Origin: a virus
Lineage: Duplodnaviria > Caudoviricetes
DNA length: 37,739 bases
Reading direction: 5' to 3' (one strand)
IMG/VR virus record: IMGVR_UViG_3300032218_000726
Location: 1 to 37,739 of that record
The notes beneath the pieces were generated by a model. The model was not told the DNA's origin. It ran no database searches and was given only the letters and a program-made list of their open reading frames with translations. Each line of letters begins with the position of its first letter. The stretch's first letter is position 1. The translations under genes and the position numbers were made by a program. Shown one piece after another: positions 22,397 through 31,748 of this stretch.

Positions 22397-25147
22397 ATGT
22401 TTGGTATAGCCCCGTTTTCCGGTGTTCCGTTTTCCTCGCTTCCGTCTAGCGCTAACAACGTAACGGTCGCGGCTACGGGCGTTTCCGCCACAGGCTCCGT
22501 AGGTTCAGTTGCTCCGTCTACGAGCAAAGCGCTTACGGGCTTATCTGCGACCGGTTCTGTTGGTACAGGCGTACCATCCTCATCCTCCACCGTTGCACTG
22601 ACCGGGCTCACGGCCACGGGCTCCGTAGGTACTGGCGTACCGTCTTCATCCTCTAACGTAGCGCTTACGCAAGTCACCGGCACGGGTTCGGTTGGCTCTG
22701 TTACGTCTTCGCGGACTGTGGCCATTTCAGGGGTCACGGGTACAGGTTCGGTTGGAACGGTAACGCCATCCAACACCAAAGCAATATCTGGCAATACAGC
22801 CACGGGTTCGGTTGGTTCAGTCACACCCTTTCTCGCAATTGCGGTCTCTGGTAACACAGCCACGGGTTCGGTTGGTTCAGTCACACCTTCATGGACAGTG
22901 GCCATCTCAGGGGTCACGGGTACCGGTTCGGTTGGTTCAGTCACGCCTTCACGGACAGTGGCCATCTCAGGGGTTTCAGGCACAGGTTCAGTTGGTTCAG
23001 TCACACCCTCTCTCACAATTGCAGAGACAGGCAACACAGCTACAGGTTCGGTTGGACAGCTGGTTGGAGCGCCCCCGCTCACAGGCGTCATTGCAGGTTA
23101 CGGTTGGGGCTTCCCCGGCTGGGGTTATGGTGGTTGGGGCGGCACGTCACCTGTCGGTATTGTTACGCCCGTTATTACTTATGAAGCGCCGTTAACTGCT
23201 GTCACAGGTACCGGCTCCGTTGGTTCAGTCACACCCTTTCTCGCAATTGCGGTCTCTGGTAACACAGCCACGGGTTCGGTTGGTTCAGTCACACCCTCTC
23301 TCACAATTGCGGTCTCTGGCAACACAGCCACGGGTTCAGTAGGCACACTTCTGCCGTTTATATCTGAACAAGATAATGGCGTTACGGCCACGGGCAACGT
23401 AGGCACAGTTGGAGTAACAAGTACCACTTCGATCTCGGGCGTCATTGCAGGTTACGGCTGGGGCTTTCCGGGTTGGGGTTATGGCGGTTGGGGTGGTACA
23501 TCTCCAGTTGGCAATGTTATTGGCATTGTCTCCTACGACCTTTCTGCTGTCACAGGTACCGGCTCCGTTGGCTCCGTTACGTCTTCGCAGACTGTGGCCA
23601 TTTCAGGGGTTACTGGCACAGGTTCTGTTGGTACGCTTAGCGTCGGTGAACGCTCCCTTGCCATTACTGGCAACACAGCTACGGGTTCAGTAGGCACGCT
23701 TCTGCCGTTTATATCTGAACAAGATAATGGCGTTACGGCCACGGGCAACGTAGGCACAGTTGGAGTAACAAGCACCACTTCAATTTCGGGCGTTACTGCG
23801 GGCTACGGCTGGGGCTTTCCCGGTTGGGGTGAGTGGGGTTGGGGTGGCGGATGCCTTGTTGGCAATGTTATTGGCATTGTCTCCTACGACCTTTCTGGTG
23901 TTTCAGCCACAGGCTCCGTTGGTTCCGTTGGTTCAAGCTGCACCGTTGGTCTTTCTGGCGTTTCCGCCACGGGTTCCGTTGGTACTCTCAGAATAGCGCC
24001 GCAGCTCACGGGTGTTACCTCTGGCTATGGCTGGGGAATTACTGGCTGGGGGTTGGAGGGTTGGGGCGGTCCGTCTGCTGTTGGTACGGTCATCGCTAAT
24101 GCGTCTTACGACCTTTCTGGTGTTTCAGCCACAGGCTCCGTTGGTTCCGTTGGTTCAAGCTGCACCGTTGGTCTTTCTGGCGTTTCAGCTACAGGCTCTG
24201 TAGGAAGTGTTGCACGGGCGTACATAGAACCCCTCACGGGCGTTACCTCTAGTTATGGTTGGGGCGCAGGTGGATGGGGCGCGGTTCCTTGGGGCGGTGG
24301 GGCAAACATTGTTGGTACTGTTACGCCTGCGTTGTCCAAAGCGGTTACGGGTAACACAGCTACCGGGTCTGTAGGTACGGTAGGCATTAACGAGCGCTCT
24401 CTTGCACTTACCGGCGTGTACTCTGGCAGTGCTTGGGGGGATGGCGGCTGGGGCTCAAATGCATGGGGTGGAGCTTCTCCAGTAGGTACTGTTTCAGTTT
24501 CAGTCACGGTTGCGTTGACAGGTGTTACCGGTACGGGGGTTACTGGTAGCGTATATCGTTTTGGCTCACCCCTGACGGCTGTTTCTTCCACTGCTACAGC
24601 AGGCAATGTTTCTTCAAATGTTACGGTTGCGCTTTCAGGCGTCACGGGTACCGGGTCTGTTGGTACTGTTAATTTTGAATTTGTTTACTTTGCTGCCCTT
24701 ACTAAAGTCTCTGCCACGGGGTTTGTGGGTTCGCTGAAGGCTTCGGTTTATATCTGGTCGTTGATTAACGACGCGCAAACTGCAAACTGGGCACCAATCG
24801 ACGACTCACAAACAGCTGGCTGGACACCAATTAACGATGCGCAAACAGCTAGTTGGACCAATATTGTAGACAACCAAGCTGCGGGATGGCAAAATGTAAA
24901 CAATCCGCAAACTGCTGGTTGGACTTCGATTGATGATGCGCAAGCTGCGGCATGGGCGGCAATCCAAAATGCACAAAATGCTGCATGGCAATCAGTGAGT
25001 ACAAACCAGACTCCGGGTTGGACACCGATCAGCGATACGCAGGCTCCGGGGTGGCAAAATATACCATCGCAACAGACTCCGGGTTGGAGCGCTGAGGATA
25101 CAAATGAATCCGCCAATTGGGCTGTAGTAAACACGGACGGAACATAG
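22397..25147 (+). CDS. Long repeat-rich virion fibre protein (TGSVG repeats, GW-rich inserts, C-terminal 11-aa Trp repeats)
   Basis: GGAGG RBS; 916 aa; repeats visible at DNA and protein level. Confidence 0.8.
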   Translation: MFGIAPFSGVPFSSLPSSANNVTVAATGVSATGSVGSVAPSTSKALTGLSATGSVGTGVPSSSSTVALTGLTATGSVGTGVPSSSSNVALTQVTGTGSVGSVTSSRTVAISGVTGTGSVGTVTPSNTKAISGNTATGSVGSVTPFLAIAVSGNTATGSVGSVTPSWTVAISGVTGTGSVGSVTPSRTVAISGVSGTGSVGSVTPSLTIAETGNTATGSVGQLVGAPPLTGVIAGYGWGFPGWGYGGWGGTSPVGIVTPVITYEAPLTAVTGTGSVGSVTPFLAIAVSGNTATGSVGSVTPSLTIAVSGNTATGSVGTLLPFISEQDNGVTATGNVGTVGVTSTTSISGVIAGYGWGFPGWGYGGWGGTSPVGNVIGIVSYDLSAVTGTGSVGSVTSSQTVAISGVTGTGSVGTLSVGERSLAITGNTATGSVGTLLPFISEQDNGVTATGNVGTVGVTSTTSISGVTAGYGWGFPGWGEWGWGGGCLVGNVIGIVSYDLSGVSATGSVGSVGSSCTVGLSGVSATGSVGTLRIAPQLTGVTSGYGWGITGWGLEGWGGPSAVGTVIANASYDLSGVSATGSVGSVGSSCTVGLSGVSATGSVGSVARAYIEPLTGVTSSYGWGAGGWGAVPWGGGANIVGTVTPALSKAVTGNTATGSVGTVGINERSLALTGVYSGSAWGDGGWGSNAWGGASPVGTVSVSVTVALTGVTGTGVTGSVYRFGSPLTAVSSTATAGNVSSNVTVALSGVTGTGSVGTVNFEFVYFAALTKVSATGFVGSLKASVYIWSLINDAQTANWAPIDDSQTAGWTPINDAQTASWTNIVDNQAAGWQNVNNPQTAGWTSIDDAQAAAWAAIQNAQNAAWQSVSTNQTPGWTPISDTQAPGWQNIPSQQTPGWSAEDTNESANWAVVNTDGT
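23318..23772 (+). repeat. Internal duplication, 351-bp period, in the repeat fibre gene
   Basis: Near-identical DNA from 23318 and 23669 (GNTATGSVGTLLPFISEQDNGVTATGNVG); a second duplication at 23885/24107 has a 222-bp period. Confidence 0.85.
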
Positions 25148-25154
25148 GACAAAC

Positions 25155-25913
25155 ATGGCATTGGTTCTTGCAGATCGCGTACAGGAGACGACTACCACAA
25201 CAGGTACAGGCACTGTTACGCTTCTTGGCGCGGTTACGGGCTACCAATCATTTGCCGCTGTAGGTAACGCAAACACCACGTATTACTGCATCGCTGGCCA
25301 AACCGGTTCTGAGTGGGAAGTGGGAATTGGCACTTACACTTCGGCTGGCACTACGTTGGCACGAACAACGGTGCTGTCTTCCAGCAATGCAGGCTCTGCG
25401 GTCAACTTCTCAGCGGGCACCAAGAACGTCTTTGTGACATATGCCGCAGGTCGGTCTTTGTACTCCAATGGCGTGATTACCACAAACGCCACGTACTACC
25501 TTACGTTTTCCGCAACAAACGCTGCCGGAACGCAAGAAATTTCAACCGCCACCGCACTTACGTTCAATCCCAGCACGGGAGCACTGACCTCTACAACTGT
25601 TACATCAAGTTCGGATGAACGGTTAAAAACCAATTGGCGTGATCTGCCGCCCAATTTTGTCCGACAGCTTGCGCAAATCAAACACGGGACTTATGATCGG
25701 ACCGATCAGGAACTGACACAGGACGGAGTGTCTGCGCAATCTTTACAGCCACTTTTGCCTAATTCTGTTTTGGAAGGCGCTGATGGTAAACTGTCAGTTG
25801 CCTATGGAAACGCTGCGTTAGTATCGGCCATTGAGTTGGCCCAGCTGGCGGTAGCCCAAGAAGCCCGTATTGCCAAACTTGAGGCATTAGTGGCACAATT
25901 GATGAAAAGGTAA
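25155..25913 (+). CDS. Tail-fibre-like protein with C-terminal peptidase S74 intramolecular chaperone
   Basis: MALVLADRVQETTTTTGTG N-terminus; SSDERLKTN...GVSAQ...SVAYG...coiled coil. Confidence 0.8.
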   Translation: MALVLADRVQETTTTTGTGTVTLLGAVTGYQSFAAVGNANTTYYCIAGQTGSEWEVGIGTYTSAGTTLARTTVLSSSNAGSAVNFSAGTKNVFVTYAAGRSLYSNGVITTNATYYLTFSATNAAGTQEISTATALTFNPSTGALTSTTVTSSSDERLKTNWRDLPPNFVRQLAQIKHGTYDRTDQELTQDGVSAQSLQPLLPNSVLEGADGKLSVAYGNAALVSAIELAQLAVAQEARIAKLEALVAQLMKR

Positions 25914-25919
25914 CACACT

Positions 25920-26654
25920 ATGGCAAGTACATACTCAACCAACTTAGCGCTTGAACTGATTGGTACCGGTGACCAAGCAGGCTCTTGGGGCACATCCACA
26001 AACACTAACCTTGGGACGCTGATTGAACAGGCCATTTCTGGTTACGTCACGCAAGCTATTACGGACGGATCGGGTGCCAATACCACGATCACCATACCGA
26101 ACGGTGCCACGGGTGTGGCGCGGAACATGTTCATTGAGATGACAGGAGCGCTGACATTTTCAACGACCAGTCTGATTGTTCCGGCAAACAAAAAACTGTA
26201 CTTTATTTATAACAATACCACTGGCGGCTTTGCTGTTACAGTAAAAGTGAGTGGCCAGACAGGCGTCTCGGTCCCCAACGGCAAAAAAATTATTTTGGTT
26301 AGCAATGGAACAGATATTGTTGTAGCTGAAAATTATATTGCTTCGTTGACGCTTGGCGCGGCTTTGCCTGTTGCTTCTGGGGGTTCTGGCGCTGCTACCT
26401 TAACCGGCGTTGTTTATGGCAATGGAACAACCGCTTTCACGGCGGCTACAGCCGCACAGATTATTACGGTTATTGGAACCACGGCGGTGACCAACGCCAC
26501 CAATGCTACAGCTATCACCAACGCTGGTGGCTGGAACGTAACCCCTAGTGGTACAAAATTGTATTTTAATTACAACGGTACAAACGTGGGGTCTCTTGAT
26601 TCTTCCGGCAACTTCATCGTCTTGGGTACCGTTACCTCTACCGGCACACCATAA
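25920..26654 (+). CDS. Putative tail fibre/virion protein
   Basis: MASTYSTNLALELIGTGDQAGSWGTSTNTNL N-terminus; LPVASGGSGA fibre repeat. Confidence 0.7.
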   Translation: MASTYSTNLALELIGTGDQAGSWGTSTNTNLGTLIEQAISGYVTQAITDGSGANTTITIPNGATGVARNMFIEMTGALTFSTTSLIVPANKKLYFIYNNTTGGFAVTVKVSGQTGVSVPNGKKIILVSNGTDIVVAENYIASLTLGAALPVASGGSGAATLTGVVYGNGTTAFTAATAAQIITVIGTTAVTNATNATAITNAGGWNVTPSGTKLYFNYNGTNVGSLDSSGNFIVLGTVTSTGTP

Positions 26655-26666
26655 TAGGAGCAATAA

Positions 26667-27437
26667 ATGACAGCAACTCTTAATTCAACAGGCGTTCTCT
26701 ACGGAGATAGCACACAGCAAAGTACAGCTTATGTTGGACTTAATATACAAGTATTTTCAAGCTCTGGCTCATTTACTGTCCCGGCGGGTATTACCAAGTT
26801 GACTGTTTCAGTTTGGGGTGGTGGTGGTGGCGCTGGTGCTATTAACTCTACTCCGGGTTGTGGAGGTTGTGGAGCAGCATTTATAACAGGTTTAACTCCC
26901 GGCACAGCTATTACAGTTACGGTTGGCAGCGGAGGCAACGGTGCACTTTCCACTAGCAGTGGAACCGCTGGAACTTCAAGTTCATTTGGCACTTATATAA
27001 CCGCAACAGGCGGGGGATTTAGTGGCTATTCTATTAACGGTCTTAATGGAACTTTTACATTAAGTGGCGCTACTAAAATGTTTGCCCCATCTACTAATGG
27101 AGGTTCATCAGCTACATCGCCAGCACCAACAACAACTATAAATCTTGCTGGATTTGCCGGTGGAGGTCAAGGAATCGGCGGTACTGATGGTGGTTGTACG
27201 ACTCTTGGACAAGGCGGTGGGGCGGGAATGAGTGGTGGAGGTGGGGGCAGAGGCACTAGCGGTTATTTTGGTCTTGGAGGAACTGCTTATGGCCCGGGTT
27301 CTAATGGTTCTAATGGAAGTTCAACCGCTGGAGGTAATGGTGGCGGCGCTACTGGCGGCACTGGAGCTACTGGTGCTACTGGTGCTACATTCGCAGGTGG
27401 TGGCGGTGGTGGTGGCGGTGTAATTGTTCAATGGTAA
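26667..27437 (+). CDS. Glycine-rich domain protein (fibre-associated)
   Basis: FSSSGSFTVPAGITKLTVSVWGGGGG...TVTVGSGG...GGGGVIVQW. Confidence 0.8.
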   Translation: MTATLNSTGVLYGDSTQQSTAYVGLNIQVFSSSGSFTVPAGITKLTVSVWGGGGGAGAINSTPGCGGCGAAFITGLTPGTAITVTVGSGGNGALSTSSGTAGTSSSFGTYITATGGGFSGYSINGLNGTFTLSGATKMFAPSTNGGSSATSPAPTTTINLAGFAGGGQGIGGTDGGCTTLGQGGGAGMSGGGGGRGTSGYFGLGGTAYGPGSNGSNGSSTAGGNGGGATGGTGATGATGATFAGGGGGGGGVIVQW

Positions 27438-27446
27438 GGAATAAAA

Positions 27447-27716
27447 ATGCAAGCAATGATTAATCCTGATGCTCCAGTTCAACACGTTATTGGTTGGAAT
27501 GGTTCAAAGCCTATTATGGAAACCTATCCAAACAGTGCAACTGTTTGTGAAGTTCAAGCAATTACATTTCCTATTGCACTTCCTTTATATTGGGTTGAAT
27601 GTTCAGACAATATTTTGGCGTATCAATTTTGGTACAGCTTAACAACCCAACAATTTAGTCTTATTGAAAATGTAATTCCCCCACAACCAGTTTCTACTGG
27701 AACGCAAACATTATGA
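27447..27716 (+). CDS. Small hypothetical protein (possible fibre assembly factor)
   Basis: AAGGA RBS; follows the Gly-rich protein. Confidence 0.7.
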   Translation: MQAMINPDAPVQHVIGWNGSKPIMETYPNSATVCEVQAITFPIALPLYWVECSDNILAYQFWYSLTTQQFSLIENVIPPQPVSTGTQTL

Positions 27717-27991
27717 ACACAATTGAACCCATTAACCAAGTTACGTATGATGGAGCGCAATTGCGTATTTATCATGCAAACATAGGTGACGGGTTGCCAA
27801 AACATTCCCATTATTTTTCGCATTTGACTATGTGTCACGCTGGTTCATGTGTTGTGCGAAAAGAAGGACGACAATTGATTATTAACAAGCATTCATTACC
27901 TGTTGACCTTGGTAACGAAGAATGGCACGAAATTGAAGCATTAGAAAACGACACTGTTTTTGTAAATGTCTTTTCAGAAGGCAAATACTGA
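27713..27991 (+). CDS. Cupin-domain protein
   Basis: LPKHSHYFSHLT...G...WHEIEALEND (HxHxxxH...H cupin pattern). Confidence 0.8.
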   Translation: MNTIEPINQVTYDGAQLRIYHANIGDGLPKHSHYFSHLTMCHAGSCVVRKEGRQLIINKHSLPVDLGNEEWHEIEALENDTVFVNVFSEGKY

Positions 27992-27996
27992 ATGAT

Positions 27997-28137
27997 ATGC
28001 AGGTAGTAGAAATACTCCTGTCCGTGTTCTTAAACACAGCGGAGTACAAATGCGTTAAATGGGTATGGTGGTGGGACGCTGAATACAAGTATCAGATTAC
28101 CAAATGTTTAGAATGGAAAAAGGTTGAAAAGAAATGA
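27997..28137 (+). CDS. Small 46-aa Cys/Trp-rich protein missed by the ORF track
   Basis: MQVVEILLSVFLNTAEYKCVKWVWWWDAEYKYQITKCLEWKKVEKK; ATGA overlap with 28134. Confidence 0.6.
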   Translation: MQVVEILLSVFLNTAEYKCVKWVWWWDAEYKYQITKCLEWKKVEKK

Positions 28138-28625
28138 TCGATCCGATCACCATTAGCGCGGCGTTTGCCCTTGCCAAGAGCACCATCGCCGGGGTCCAAG
28201 AAGCGATCCAAATGGGCAAGGACTTGCAAGAGTGCAGCGGTGATCTGATTAAATTCTTTGAGATGCGCGACACCGTTGCCAAGGCGGCAACCGAAGACAA
28301 AGGCAAGAAGCCTCGCTCCGACATGGGCCAAGCCCTTGACACTGTGATGCAAGCCAAAGCCTTGCGGGACGCTGAGAAGAAACTCAAAGAGCAACTAATT
28401 TACTCAGGCCAAGGTGATGTCTGGGAGTCTATCCAAGCTGAGTACAACCTGATCCAAGCCAACCGCCGTAAAGAAGAACGTGAAGCTGAAGCCGCCGCAA
28501 AACTCAAACGTGAAAAAATGGCGGAAACGGTTGAGGCTATATTTATTGGCCTTGCGTCATGTTTAGCGGCTGGCGCAATAGGCTGGGGCACTTTTGAATT
28601 TATCATTTACAAAATGAGGTTATAA
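28134..28625 (+). CDS. Coiled-coil membrane protein in the lysis region
   Basis: MIDPITI N-terminus, coiled coil, C-terminal TM segment. Confidence 0.7.
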   Translation: MIDPITISAAFALAKSTIAGVQEAIQMGKDLQECSGDLIKFFEMRDTVAKAATEDKGKKPRSDMGQALDTVMQAKALRDAEKKLKEQLIYSGQGDVWESIQAEYNLIQANRRKEEREAEAAAKLKREKMAETVEAIFIGLASCLAAGAIGWGTFEFIIYKMRL

Positions 28626-29087
28626 ATGAATGAACTTTTTTCTCTCCTCAAGGGCATTGCGCCTACTTTGGCAACCGCTGTTGCTGGCCCTCTTGGTGGG
28701 GCTGCTATTACCGCTCTCGCTTCTAAATTTGGTGTTGCTAATAGCGTTGAAGCTGTCGCTACAGCCATCGCCGGAGACCCACAAGCCGCCCAAAAGCTGG
28801 CGGAGTTAGAGCTGGAATATGCAAAGCTGGATTCAGCCGACCGTGACAGCGCCCGTAAGCGCGAGTCAGAAATTGCCACTAGTGCCACCGCTCCTTGGTA
28901 CAGCAAAGTCGTCACTCCTTTAATTGCCGTTGGCGTTTTCGTTGCATGGAGTTTTGTTCAATGGTTCTTGCTGACTCATGTGATTCCGCAAGAGATGCGC
29001 GAAATTGTTCTTCGCCTGTTGGGCCAGCTCGACGCTGCCTTTATGTTAATTTTGACCTACTACTTCGGCGCAAGCCACAAGCACTGA
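28626..29087 (+). CDS. Holin (GTA 3TM-like)
   Basis: APTLATAVAGPLGG, DRDSARKRE, two TM helices, YYFG; next to the endolysin. Confidence 0.75.
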   Translation: MNELFSLLKGIAPTLATAVAGPLGGAAITALASKFGVANSVEAVATAIAGDPQAAQKLAELELEYAKLDSADRDSARKRESEIATSATAPWYSKVVTPLIAVGVFVAWSFVQWFLLTHVIPQEMREIVLRLLGQLDAAFMLILTYYFGASHKH

Positions 29088-29088
29088 T

Positions 29089-29601
29089 ATGAAAGACAAT
29101 TTTCCTAAGTCCCTTGCCGCAGTCCTCGTTCATGAAGGCGGCTTTGTAAACAACCCCAAGGACCCCGGAGGCATGACCAATCTTGGCTGCACCAAAGCAG
29201 TTTGGGAGGAGCACTGCGGGCATATAGTGGATGAGAAAGCCATGCGGGCATTAACCCCCACAGATGTCGGCCCGCTGTATAAACGCAAATACTGGGACAA
29301 AGTGCAAGGCGACGAACTGCCTTCTGGGGTGGACTACGTTGTCTTTGATGCGGCTATTAACAGCGGGGCTGGTCGAGCTGCTAAATGGCTTCAGGCGTGT
29401 GTTGGCGTTGAGCCTGATGGTGGTATCGGACCAAAGACGCTTGCGGCAGTAAAGGCGCATGACCCCAAAGAACTGGTACAAGATTATGCTAAACGGCGCT
29501 TGTCCTTTATGATGTCATTACCTACTTGGGAGACGTTTGGCAAAGGCTGGACTCGCCGGGTAAACGAAGTTGAGGCGGTTGGCCTCACAATGATCACATG
29601 A
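29089..29601 (+). CDS. Endolysin, glycoside hydrolase family 108 with peptidoglycan-binding domain
   Basis: HEGGFVNNPKDPGGMTNLG, FDAAINSG, DGGIGPKT, FGKGWTRRV. Confidence 0.9.
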   Translation: MKDNFPKSLAAVLVHEGGFVNNPKDPGGMTNLGCTKAVWEEHCGHIVDEKAMRALTPTDVGPLYKRKYWDKVQGDELPSGVDYVVFDAAINSGAGRAAKWLQACVGVEPDGGIGPKTLAAVKAHDPKELVQDYAKRRLSFMMSLPTWETFGKGWTRRVNEVEAVGLTMIT

Positions 29602-29609
29602 GGTAAACC

Positions 29610-31745
29610 GTGCCTTTACAAAAACTTGCCCTCAAAGCCGGTGTTAACCGGGAAAGCACGTCCTATGCTAATGAGGGCGGGTGGTATGAGTCCGACAAAA
29701 TTCGTTTTCGTTCTGGCCAACCCGAAAAAATTGGCGGCTGGGTAAAAGACACTGGCGCTGTGTCGTCCAGCGTGTCCACGGTTTCTGACTACGGTAACGT
29801 GTACCCAACCACAATGCCAACTCCTCCGTCTGGCACGCTTTGGGGTATTTGTCGTTCGATGTGGAATTGGGTTACGCTGGCTGGGCAGAACTTGTTGTCT
29901 TTTGGAACTAATCTGAAGTTCTACATCCAAAATGGTGTTAATGGTTTTTACTACGACGTTACTCCCATTCGCGCAACGCATACTGCGGTAGCTAATGCTT
30001 TTACTACAGTCATCTCCTCATTTACAGTTGTTGTAAATGATCCAGCCCACGGAGCGCAGACGGGCGATTTTGTTACGATCACTGCAACTTCCGGCGTAGT
30101 CAACGGCATTCCAGCAGCAACGATGGGCACTACAGCAACGCCTGTTATGTATCAGATCACGTACATTGACAGCAATTCGTATAGCATCACTGTTGCTTCA
30201 GCTGCGACTTCAAATGGCATTTCTACAGCAACAGCCACATTTTCGTACGAGCTAACTTCCGGTAACGATATTTATTCCGTTGCCGCTGGGTGGGGTGCGG
30301 GCGGTTGGGGTGGAAAGACTCCGGGTTACTCAGACACGGGCTGGGGGTTGGCAGCGGCGGCTGGAGGAGTTGGGGTAGGACTGCGTTTTTGGAGCCAGTC
30401 AAACTTTGGGGAAAACTTAATTTTTAACCCTTGCGGCGGTGGTATCTACTTATGGGCGGTAAATGTGTCGCCAAACATCTACGATCGCGCTCAGTTGCTG
30501 GTAGCAGGTAGTACAGTTAGAATAAAAAATAGCGCGGGCACAGCGTCTACTACGGTGTCTATTGATGCCACTTGCCCGACTGCGGCAAACTATGTCCTTG
30601 TATCAGATGCTTCGCGTTTTATTATTGCGTTTGGAACAAACGACCCAACAGGTGTATACGCCACTACAATCCAAGACCCCATGCAGATTCGTTGGTCTGA
30701 CCAAGAAAGTTTTGCCACTTGGACGCCCTCAATTACCAATCAAGCTGGTGACTATCGACTGAGCCACGGTTCTAGCATTTACACAGCCATCCAGTCCCGC
30801 CAAGAAATTTTGGTATTTACAGACAGCGCAGTGTATGCGATGCAATATCTTGGCGCTCCGTATGTCTGGGGTTTCCAATTGTTGGAAGACAATATCTCAA
30901 TTATTGGCCCAAATGCTGTGTCTGTTGCAGCTAACGTGACTTATTGGATGGGCATGGACAAGTTCTATGTTTACACTGGCCGCGTGCAAGCTATGCCTTC
31001 TACACTGCGTGAATATGTTTTTACCGACATCAATTTGCAGCAAGGCTTTCAGGTCAACTCGGGTACTAATGAAGGGTACAACGAAGTTTGGTGGACATAT
31101 TGTTCCAGCGGGTCCACTGCCACCAACCGGTATGTGATTTTTAACTATGTGGATAACGTCTGGTACTACGGTACATGGAACAACTATACAGGTACTACTC
31201 CCCAAGGTCGAACTGCTTGGCTCGATAGTGCTTTGCGCAGCTATCCTATGGCTGCAACTTACGGAGCACCAACCACAACGTCTTCCCGTACACAAGGTAG
31301 CACTACGCTGGTGTACCACGAGAACCAAACCGACGATGGCAACAATGCCACTACCACGCCGATTGTGTCGTATGTGCAGTCTTCGGACTTTGACATTGGA
31401 GATGGCCACAATTTTGGTTTTGTTTGGCGGCTTATTCCTGACTTGACTTTTGATGGCTCTTACGTAGACGCGCCCAAAGCATATTACACCGTACGCCCAC
31501 GTACCAACCCCGGCGCTAACTATGGCAACTCAAACAGCCCCTCAGTAACCAGCGCACAAAACTATTCTGGTCAGCAGACATATGCCGTGCAGCAGTTTAC
31601 CCAGCAAGTCTATGTACGTGTCCGAGGGCGTCAAATGGCATTCAAAGTAAGTTCGGGTATAACCGGATCAGCCACCGAAGGGCTTGGCGTGCAATGGCAG
31701 CTTGGCGTTCCTCGTATTGACATACGGCCTGACGGGAGACGTTAA
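29610..31745 (+). CDS. Tail hub/head-closure protein (P22 gp10-like beta-propeller) with FCCH-like insert
   Basis: GTG start with GAGG RBS; IRWSDQE, NEVWW, RTAWLD, RVRGRQ motifs; gene position. Confidence 0.7.
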   Translation: MPLQKLALKAGVNRESTSYANEGGWYESDKIRFRSGQPEKIGGWVKDTGAVSSSVSTVSDYGNVYPTTMPTPPSGTLWGICRSMWNWVTLAGQNLLSFGTNLKFYIQNGVNGFYYDVTPIRATHTAVANAFTTVISSFTVVVNDPAHGAQTGDFVTITATSGVVNGIPAATMGTTATPVMYQITYIDSNSYSITVASAATSNGISTATATFSYELTSGNDIYSVAAGWGAGGWGGKTPGYSDTGWGLAAAAGGVGVGLRFWSQSNFGENLIFNPCGGGIYLWAVNVSPNIYDRAQLLVAGSTVRIKNSAGTASTTVSIDATCPTAANYVLVSDASRFIIAFGTNDPTGVYATTIQDPMQIRWSDQESFATWTPSITNQAGDYRLSHGSSIYTAIQSRQEILVFTDSAVYAMQYLGAPYVWGFQLLEDNISIIGPNAVSVAANVTYWMGMDKFYVYTGRVQAMPSTLREYVFTDINLQQGFQVNSGTNEGYNEVWWTYCSSGSTATNRYVIFNYVDNVWYYGTWNNYTGTTPQGRTAWLDSALRSYPMAATYGAPTTTSSRTQGSTTLVYHENQTDDGNNATTTPIVSYVQSSDFDIGDGHNFGFVWRLIPDLTFDGSYVDAPKAYYTVRPRTNPGANYGNSNSPSVTSAQNYSGQQTYAVQQFTQQVYVRVRGRQMAFKVSSGITGSATEGLGVQWQLGVPRIDIRPDGRR

Positions 31746-31748
31746 TTT

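Noticed and set aside
22375-23778. Minus-strand TEPTEPV-repeat ORFs
   Set aside because: They are the mirror image of the TGSVG repeats on the plus strand.
23318-24200. Diversity-generating retroelement TR/VR pair
   Set aside because: Both copies are in frame within one gene, differences appear mostly synonymous rather than adenine-specific, and there is no reverse transcriptase in the window.
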